A stretch of 64,000 nt of DNA from Craspedostauros australis (taxonomy: Eukaryota). The notes beneath the pieces were generated by a model that worked only from the letters and a program-made list of their open reading frames with translations, searched no databases and was not told the origin of the DNA. The stretch covers positions 1 to 64,000 of the forward strand of contig JALAGF010006284.1 of the NCBI GenBank assembly GCA_030167865.1, in the 5' to 3' direction. Shown here one piece after another: positions 56,754 through 64,000 of this stretch; positions within the stretch are counted from its first letter, which is position 1; each line of letters begins with the position of its first letter. Made by a program: the position numbers and the translations under genes.

Positions 56754-58943
56754 CCGCAGGTTGTATGTCGTCTTTTCTCCCTTGTGCACAACACAACAAC
56801 TTCACAACAACAAGAGGCCCGTTGAACGTCACGGTACCAACAACGCTGGTTTCGACTACCAAGATACCGTATCATGTCAGTGTCGATACCATCAACGAAC
56901 AAACGGACAACACTCGAAGCGAACTCAACGAATTCGCTGGACAAGAAATGACGCACAGCAATGACATCTTCGGCCTCCCCAGCGATCGGAAAATTCCGCC
57001 ACCCAAGATACGGAAATACTTGACAATCGGCGACGTTCTGTGGCGGAAACGGACGAAGGGAGGCTCGCCAGCCAAGCATTTTCCCGACGCTGGGGAGTAT
57101 CAGATCCATGTTCTGAACCAATGATGCGTTCTGATTGGTGCAGGAGTGCTCATATCTTTTTTCTGATGGAGACATGGTTTTGATGTGTGCTGTCTCGTGA
57201 CACGTGGTACAATTCGCTCGTATGTGAGGGTTTAGTGGAATGAGTACTGGATCGCGATCACAAGTCATTGCTCTTCTTCTCTTTTGCGCGCGGATGCGCG
57301 ATGTTGCCGACACCATCCTCACCAATGATGGATGGTATCCCTCTCCAATCCACACTCGTGCATCCACGCACAGTTCCTCACGACGAACACGCTCGACGCC
57401 GCAAGAAACAACGGCGGCATTGGCGAACTTCAAACGACCCGTTGGCGAAGTACCAGAAGCGCCGTAGAAACCCAACTCCGAAACATTGACAAAACTTGAC
57501 CCTCGCTCCCTCCATAATTTCATTTTTGCCACCAACCAATCCAAACGAGACGCTGTCGTTCGGTTTGGTCGGGTTGGCTGACACGTACGAGGTTTACTTT
57601 TTGCCTCACGAAACACAACAGCAAAGCAACGCAAAAACAACGACACACAAAACAACACACCAGAACAAGCGCGTTGTCGTACCGTGACGGTTCGAACCTC
57701 GCACCACCACCCAATCAATCAATCAATCACCACACAAGCCAATCGCAGAACAAAAAAGGAACCTGGAATCTCGATTCCTCCAAATTAGTCTCACGCAAGC
57801 CAAAGGTAAGCAAATTGTGGCACGATGCTTCGAAGGACTTCGCAAGTCCCGTTTCAGACTTGCGAGGATTCCGTCCTTGCCTGTTGTTGTCCGCCGCACC
57901 GGTTGTCCCTCACCCCTGACGAAGGCGAAACACAGGCCAGCCACCACCACACCACGATCAACAGAAGCCCTTTCACCACCACCAACAACAACAACAGGCA
58001 CAGGAAATCAAAGATCGACCATGGCGGGTTAGTCGTGCCTCCACCACCGCAACCACGAAAATCCGAAACCCGCCCACCTCCTCTCAACCATCCACCAAAA
58101 ACGCCTGAAAAAAGGGACCCATCAAACAACCTCCCAACCCAACCAATACGATGCAACAACCAAAACATGCACATGCACACACACATACACACACTGGATC
58201 ATACCTGGCAACACCCGACGATGACGAGGTGCGTGATTGGTATCAGCTCCAGATAATTCCTCTCTGAGGAATTGATGAATGGGTGCATGGTTGGGCCCAT
58301 CTTCTCCCTTCGACGCGGATCATGACATCCTCGAACCCGCTGACTCTTCGAACCGCACCTCTTCGAGAAGACATGGTTTGGTCGGGTTACATGCCGGCGT
58401 CTGGTGGCTTGGTCAGTGGTGTGGATGCTCGACGGACTTCTTGGCCGTGATGGTGCATGAGTGAGGGTGGTGGTCTGCTTGTGTGTGTGTTGATGTTCTG
58501 ATGCTGTGATGCTCTCTCTCTGTTTCTCTTCGTGTTTCGGCTTTGTGTTGCTTTGGCGTCTTGTTCGCATTTCTTTGTCATTTTCTGTCTGTTTTTGGCT
58601 TTGTCGGTCTTGTTGTTCTCATTGGGTCCAATGCTGTGTGTAGCCTCCAGTACATTCCCCACGGACATCGCACTTCTCGTCGAGACGGACAGACCATTCA
58701 ATTCCTCCAGCCACAAGCGTGACACAAACAGTCGCACCTTTGATTATCCACGTTTGGACGGGACATCAACCCAAACCATAACAACAACACCAACAGGACT
58801 CGTGGAATCTTTTATGTCGCATCAACACGTCCCATTCCAGAACCACACTAACCCATTCTTCCATTGTTCCACTTGCATCCCCTTCTCTGCAACTTCATTG
58901 CCATCATGACGACAGACCATCCAACAGCAACGGCAACGCCAAC

Positions 58944-61900
58944 ATGACTGGCGATCAAGGGAACGGCGGCAACGATGGGCCCCATGCACCACAGTCAGCA
59001 GCGCCATCATCGTCCCCACATAAACAGTCTCAAGTGCTGGAACAGACGCTCGCATCCCCTGCGCTGGGTCGCAAGCGGCCCCGGATCTGCCGTCTCGTGT
59101 CCTACGACAACATCGTCTCCCCACTTCCGATGCAATATCCTAGCTGCGAGAAGAATGTCATCAAGGTGCCAGGACTTCAAACCCACATCGAGGACGCTGC
59201 GATGGTCGCCGCCCATGTGGATGAAAACAGAAAACCCAACTCGAAAGTGCTGCTGCCACCACTGTCAGCATCGATGAACACGCAACCATCGTCCGCTGAC
59301 CCGCTACGCGATCGTCAGCTCCTGAGCCTTCATCTCACAGCAATCCGGCTGGAGGTTGAGCTGCAGCCAATGCGATCAATCCTTTCAAAGCTGATGATGC
59401 ATCAGGCACACAACCGCAAGGGGATCTTCAACTCTCCTGTCGATCCTGCAGCCCTCAAGCTCCCAGACTACTTACGCATCATCGCACAACCCATGGATCT
59501 CGGAACCGTCAAACGCAGGCTCCATGCAGTCGCGTACAAATGCAGAAGCGACGTGGCGGCGGACGTTCGACTCACATTCCATAACGCCATGAAGTACAAC
59601 CCACCGCACAACGCCGTCCACAACGCTGCCAAGCAGCTCCTGGTAATCTTTGAAAACGCCTACCAAACGCTGGATCCCACACCCAGCGACCCACCAATCG
59701 CGCAGGCGGTTGCCGTAGCTGTCCCAATTGCCACCGTAGCTCCTTCCACAAGCAGTATCCCAGCATCTGCGCAGAGCCTACCGACGGCAACAGCTCAATG
59801 CATGCCGGTTGCAGCCACCGCGCCTCCCACTGCATCGCAAGCTCTACCTGTACTGTCAGCACTGTCCCCGCGTGCAAGGCCAGCCGGGCGACGCACGTCC
59901 TTCCACCATAGCGAACTACCATCTGCCCCGACGCTCAAGCGCAAGCGATCCTGTTCGAGCTCCCTCTCGATCAGTGCCCACAATCATCAACAGCACCGCT
60001 GCGACGAATGCCATGGACGCGAATGCGCCATGTGTCTGCAAGGGTGCCTGCTCCACGAACCGAGTTTGGTCATCTGCCAAGGACAGGCCTGCGCCGGAGC
60101 GAGACTTCGCAAGGGTGCCCAATACCACGTGACAAGAGACGGCACCCAGCAATACTGCCAACGATGCTACGCCAACCTCCCTCCGACGCTGCCACGCAAT
60201 CCCAACGACCCCGTCATCTACAAGCAACATCTCCTCAAGAGAAAGAACGACGAGGAGGTGGCGGAGAAATGGATCACATGTAGCAAGTGCGACATCGGCA
60301 TGCATCAGATCTGCGCCATGTTCAACCCTGCCGTCCATTCGAGGGACAACTTCTTCTGTCCGCCGTGCAGAAACATCTCAGCAACGCCGAGCGTCAGCCA
60401 CACAAACCAGAGCGAGGACGCCATCATTCCCGAGCACGCGCTGTACACGTACATGAGTGGGTATGACGCCCCCGTCCCCATGTCGAGCATCGTATCTGAC
60501 AACAGCACCACTCCCGGCGATGGCATGCCCACCGCAGACAGCCTCCCCAAGTGCGCCATCTCGTCTTTCATCGAAGACAAGGTGCGGTCCAAGGTGCAGG
60601 CCATTCCCAACGCTGGCGCAACCATCACCGTTCGCATCGTCTCTGACTGCGACCGATCATTCGTGGTCCCGGACGCCATCCGTAGACATTTTCGCATGAA
60701 TGCGGATGGTGCCGCACACCATGGAGGCCGCGTTGTGAAACCACCGAAGAGAGTGAATTACAACCAAAAAGCGATCATGCTGTTCCAGAGAATCGACGGC
60801 CACGACGTCTCCGTCTTCTCCATGTACGTCCAGGAATACGAAGGCAATGACGAATACGAGGTTGAGAACGAACAAACAGGCCAGCGCTGCACGACGGACA
60901 ACCACACTGTCAAAGCACCCCACGCAAAGAGGGTGTACATCGCGTACCTTGATTCTGTGGAGCATTTCCGCCCCCGCAAGTGCCGGACGACCGTGTACCA
61001 CGAGATCATCGTCGCGTACCTTGCAACAGCAAGAGAGCAAGGATTCGAGACGGCGCAGATTTGGGCGTGCCCACCATCGAAGGGGAGTTCCTTCGTTTTT
61101 TGGAATCATCCAGCATCGCAACGGACGCCCAACCAAGATCGGCTGACTGCGTGGTACAACTCCGTGCTCAGCCGTGGCGTTGATTGCGGGGTCATCACGG
61201 ACATCAAGAGTCTGTACGAAAGCGAATTCCAAACTCCTCTGAACCAAGTCAAGCAGGCCTATGCACACCATGCAGCAGCTGCAGCAGCAGACGGATCTGC
61301 ATCTGGCGTGTCTTTGCACGATGGACGCATGCTGGCCCCGCCACTCCTGGACGGCGATTTTTGGCTGGAGGAGGCTGTGCGAATTCACACGGCGAGTCTG
61401 CTTCGGTACCAGAAGAGCAAGTCAACGCATGAGGTCTGTGTGTGGAATGTCACCCCCACCAACTTCCAAGATCTGGATCCATGCCCCGCCGTTCAGATTG
61501 CCTCGCTGATCCGAGAGCGCATCATCACGCACCCATCTGCGGCGGCCTTCCGCAAACCGGTGAATGCGGCTGCTCTCAAGCTGAAGGATTATCACAAGAT
61601 CGTCACCAAGCCCATGGACCTTGCAACCATCTACTCGAAGTGCACTATCGGAGAATACTACACACTTCGGGAGGTCATCGATGACGTGGAGTTGATGGTC
61701 GCCAATGCAAAGCGTTTCAACCCGCCTGGACACTTTGTGCACCTCAAGGCCACAGAAGTCTTGGACATCTTCTACCAAGAGCTCGATGCCCTGTGCATGC
61801 ACTGGCCAACTGAGCAAGCATCATCCAGCACAGACCAGCACCAACAGGGACAGGGACAAGGACAGGCGCAAGTGCAGCCGTCCCGAAGCATGTTTACCTC

Positions 61901-63164
61901 GATGAATATGGCATTGGATCACATCATTGCCGTGCATGGGCCAAAGCAGGCATCGGCTACAGTCATGACGCCCCATGCGACAACCAGTGTTGTCATTGAG
62001 GATGATCCATCGATCGATTGCTCCAAGTCTCTCGGTGGATCATCCATGGACACATCGACATTTTCCGCGCAGTCCATCAAGGACTCCAACTCTCACGCCA
62101 ACACTCAGTCTGAACGTGAACTGTCGCCCGATGCGCAATCCCAACTCCACTCCGGTACCATCTACAGCACCAGCAGCAGCCAAGGTTGCCAACACTCCTC
62201 ATCAGTGACAGTCGTATCAACCGGAGTCCTTCCGCCCAAACAGCAGCAGCAGCCCAAGAAGCTGGATTTGCTTACGGGCGGACCTGAGGCCGTCCATGAG
62301 CGCATGTGCGGCGACGACACATTTCTGATGAAGAAATCAAGCTCGCCATCCAGCAAGAACAACCCTGGCCGCACCTCTGCCAAGACCTCAAGCAAGAAAT
62401 CCGGCGGCAAGAAACGCCGTGGCTCGACTTGCTGCGCAACATCATCCAACACGACTCCGTCAGCATCCGGAGGTGCATCCGTCACGACCGCGTCAACAGG
62501 CTCTGGCATGTCATCGGCTGCGAACAAAAAACGTCGACAATCATGGCTGGGTGAAGAAGTGGCAGACTGCGTGCGCCGGATGCGTCTGACCCTGTTCACT
62601 TGCTCGTTGGGTGGTCCATCCAAACCTACTGACGCAAATACCTCAACCACCACGACATCGCCGACACCAACAACGAACATGTCAGCGGTCGAGGCAAAGC
62701 AGGCCGAGTATCAACAGTACGCAGCCTCTTTCCGCACGAAGACAACAACAGCAGCAACAACAACGCCGTCGTCAACAGCACCACCTACCTTCCGATCAAA
62801 GATTGCCGACGCCAGACACACTCTGTTGGAATTTTCCCAATACCGGCACTTCGAGTTCGACACTTTGCGACATGCAAAGTACAGCACGAAGATGCTGGTC
62901 TACTACCTCCAGAATGACGACGCTCCAGGCATCGTCCCGCATTGCACGAGCTGCAAAAAGACGATCCAAAAGGTGCGATGGCACCGAACCAAGAAGCACG
63001 CAGAACGACAACGGCAACGATCATCGTCAGTCGGGAGCAAGAAGGCTGCGCAGACGCCAGTCACCACCGTCCCGTGGACACCGGAAGAATTGTGCGGATC
63101 ATGTCATGAAATCCGCAACGACAATGATGACTTCATTCCGGTTCCGGTCTCCATCAAACCATGA
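58944..63164 (+). CDS. CBP/p300-like (KAT11-family) histone acetyltransferase with two bromodomains, RING/PHD region and degenerate ZZ
   Basis: Bromo 'PVDP..LKLPDY...PMDLGT...NAMKYNP'; PHD 'CSKC...HQICAMF...FFCPPC'; HAT 'MYVQEY', 'VYIAYLDSV', 'RTTVYHEI', 'IWACPP', 'LTAWY', 'DGDFW', 'FEFDTLRHAKYST'. Confidence 0.93.
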   Translation: MTGDQGNGGNDGPHAPQSAAPSSSPHKQSQVLEQTLASPALGRKRPRICRLVSYDNIVSPLPMQYPSCEKNVIKVPGLQTHIEDAAMVAAHVDENRKPNSKVLLPPLSASMNTQPSSADPLRDRQLLSLHLTAIRLEVELQPMRSILSKLMMHQAHNRKGIFNSPVDPAALKLPDYLRIIAQPMDLGTVKRRLHAVAYKCRSDVAADVRLTFHNAMKYNPPHNAVHNAAKQLLVIFENAYQTLDPTPSDPPIAQAVAVAVPIATVAPSTSSIPASAQSLPTATAQCMPVAATAPPTASQALPVLSALSPRARPAGRRTSFHHSELPSAPTLKRKRSCSSSLSISAHNHQQHRCDECHGRECAMCLQGCLLHEPSLVICQGQACAGARLRKGAQYHVTRDGTQQYCQRCYANLPPTLPRNPNDPVIYKQHLLKRKNDEEVAEKWITCSKCDIGMHQICAMFNPAVHSRDNFFCPPCRNISATPSVSHTNQSEDAIIPEHALYTYMSGYDAPVPMSSIVSDNSTTPGDGMPTADSLPKCAISSFIEDKVRSKVQAIPNAGATITVRIVSDCDRSFVVPDAIRRHFRMNADGAAHHGGRVVKPPKRVNYNQKAIMLFQRIDGHDVSVFSMYVQEYEGNDEYEVENEQTGQRCTTDNHTVKAPHAKRVYIAYLDSVEHFRPRKCRTTVYHEIIVAYLATAREQGFETAQIWACPPSKGSSFVFWNHPASQRTPNQDRLTAWYNSVLSRGVDCGVITDIKSLYESEFQTPLNQVKQAYAHHAAAAAADGSASGVSLHDGRMLAPPLLDGDFWLEEAVRIHTASLLRYQKSKSTHEVCVWNVTPTNFQDLDPCPAVQIASLIRERIITHPSAAAFRKPVNAAALKLKDYHKIVTKPMDLATIYSKCTIGEYYTLREVIDDVELMVANAKRFNPPGHFVHLKATEVLDIFYQELDALCMHWPTEQASSSTDQHQQGQGQGQAQVQPSRSMFTSMNMALDHIIAVHGPKQASATVMTPHATTSVVIEDDPSIDCSKSLGGSSMDTSTFSAQSIKDSNSHANTQSERELSPDAQSQLHSGTIYSTSSSQGCQHSSSVTVVSTGVLPPKQQQQPKKLDLLTGGPEAVHERMCGDDTFLMKKSSSPSSKNNPGRTSAKTSSKKSGGKKRRGSTCCATSSNTTPSASGGASVTTASTGSGMSSAANKKRRQSWLGEEVADCVRRMRLTLFTCSLGGPSKPTDANTSTTTTSPTPTTNMSAVEAKQAEYQQYAASFRTKTTTAATTTPSSTAPPTFRSKIADARHTLLEFSQYRHFEFDTLRHAKYSTKMLVYYLQNDDAPGIVPHCTSCKKTIQKVRWHRTKKHAERQRQRSSSVGSKKAAQTPVTTVPWTPEELCGSCHEIRNDNDDFIPVPVSIKP

Positions 63165-63507
63165 AGTACCTCTCTGACATGCGGGTACGTACGAGTACTC
63201 AATGCGTGTTGGTACCACTCACATCTCAAACACACAATCTGCAACATCGCACGAAAGCAACAAACCACATCCAACAATCCAGAAACAACAACATACCCAC
63301 CAACCATCTCCATTTTCCACATCAAAGCACAACCATACCAATACAAAAATCAACTATCATAGACTCCATATCCATCGCTACCTGCACTTTCACCTTCGTC
63401 GAACTGGCACTTTGCTCTGCATTCTTGCGTTGCTGCATAGATATTCTTGCAATACAAGTGTGCGCACAAGTATGTGTGGTGCAATTCTGATTGAGCAACG
63501 TGGTTGA

Positions 63508-64000
63508 TCATGCAGTCCACGCGAGAATCGGCAACTTTTGCGTTCGAAGATGCTGCGTCGTTGCACTCTCACCGGTCGTCGTTTTCTTCACTGGCTCCGG
63601 ATTGCAGCACTTGGGGTCGGTAGGTGGTGGCGGCGGGCCATCCACGAACTCCACCGATTCCAACCACCATTCAGGATACCCCACGATCTGCGCCAAGTTA
63701 TCCGGCTCATTGATAAAGCCGTTGGCGTACTTGAACAGGAGCTGATCGGACAATTGCCACTGGGCATCGACGATGCGCTGCGCGTTGTCCAGGAGGAGCT
63801 GTGGCTGCAGCGGCGTATTTTGCTTGACAAGTTCGACGGATGCGGATTCCAGCTGCGACTGCAAGGCGCGAATGTCTTGGATCATGTAGGACCACTTGAG
63901 GTTGGAGATGTTGCTGATCACTGTGGTGGCCCAAAAGGCAGATGTGCGTTCCATTTTGTATGGATTGGCGCTGCGGAAGGTGGCGGGGATGTCCGGCATG
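63508..64000 (-). CDS. C-terminal part of a probable C69-family dipeptidase (5' end outside the window)
   Basis: 'SAFWATTVISN...WSYMIQDIRALQSQLE', 'WQLSDQLLFKYANGF', 'GYPEWWLESVEF..GPPPP' resemble the C-terminus of eukaryotic C69 peptidases; the ORF is open to the window edge. Confidence 0.6.
   Translation of the reverse strand, partial: MPDIPATFRSANPYKMERTSAFWATTVISNISNLKWSYMIQDIRALQSQLESASVELVKQNTPLQPQLLLDNAQRIVDAQWQLSDQLLFKYANGFINEPDNLAQIVGYPEWWLESVEFVDGPPPPPTDPKCCNPEPVKKTTTGESATTQHLRTQKLPILAWTA

Noticed and set aside
56543..57718. 391-aa minus-strand ORF upstream of the glycosyltransferase
   Set aside because: Non-ATG start, no coding bias or motifs; probably intergenic, though an upstream exon cannot be excluded.
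61330..61365. Apparent loss of the catalytic Tyr in the HAT ('PPLLDGDFW' versus p300 'LPYFEGDFW')
   Set aside because: The catalytic Tyr of p300 lies in the 'EWY' motif, which is kept here as 'AWY', so no pseudo-enzyme claim is justified.

Overview
Gene-dense eukaryotic nuclear DNA, most likely from a diatom (probably a pennate). Support: short GT-AG introns and bipartite signal plus 'ASAFAP'-type plastid-targeting presequences on hemE, a ClpS-like protein and one hypothetical protein. About 24 protein-coding genes can be supported: omega-type GST, a 3-exon class C-like GPCR with an extracellular dCache domain, EEP nuclease/phosphatase, CRAL-TRIO, HA-domain protein, RING protein, hemE, two paralogous EGF+GH19 chitinases, METTL21-like methyltransferase, NUMOD3 protein, 3xPDZ protein, myosin, S28 peptidase, a FetB-FetA (ALS3-STAR1) ABC fusion, ClpS-like, NXPE-like SGNH protein, an IMPACT/YigZ-AlkB fusion, a type II methyltransferase, a glycosyltransferase, a CBP/p300-like HAT, a partial C69 peptidase and two hypotheticals. 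No rRNA, tRNA, CRISPR or recognisable mobile element was seen. The most notable items are: (1) a GPCR whose Cache domain carries the full bacterial amino-acid-sensing motif plus a 12-Cys insert; (2) an IMPACT-AlkB fusion with likely membrane anchors; (3) secreted GH19 enzymes, one with an oomycete-like RxLR-EER motif; (4) a bromodomain inserted inside the HAT domain; (5) a cluster of Golgi-type glycan-modifying enzymes. All domain calls are by-eye motif recognition; no searches were run.
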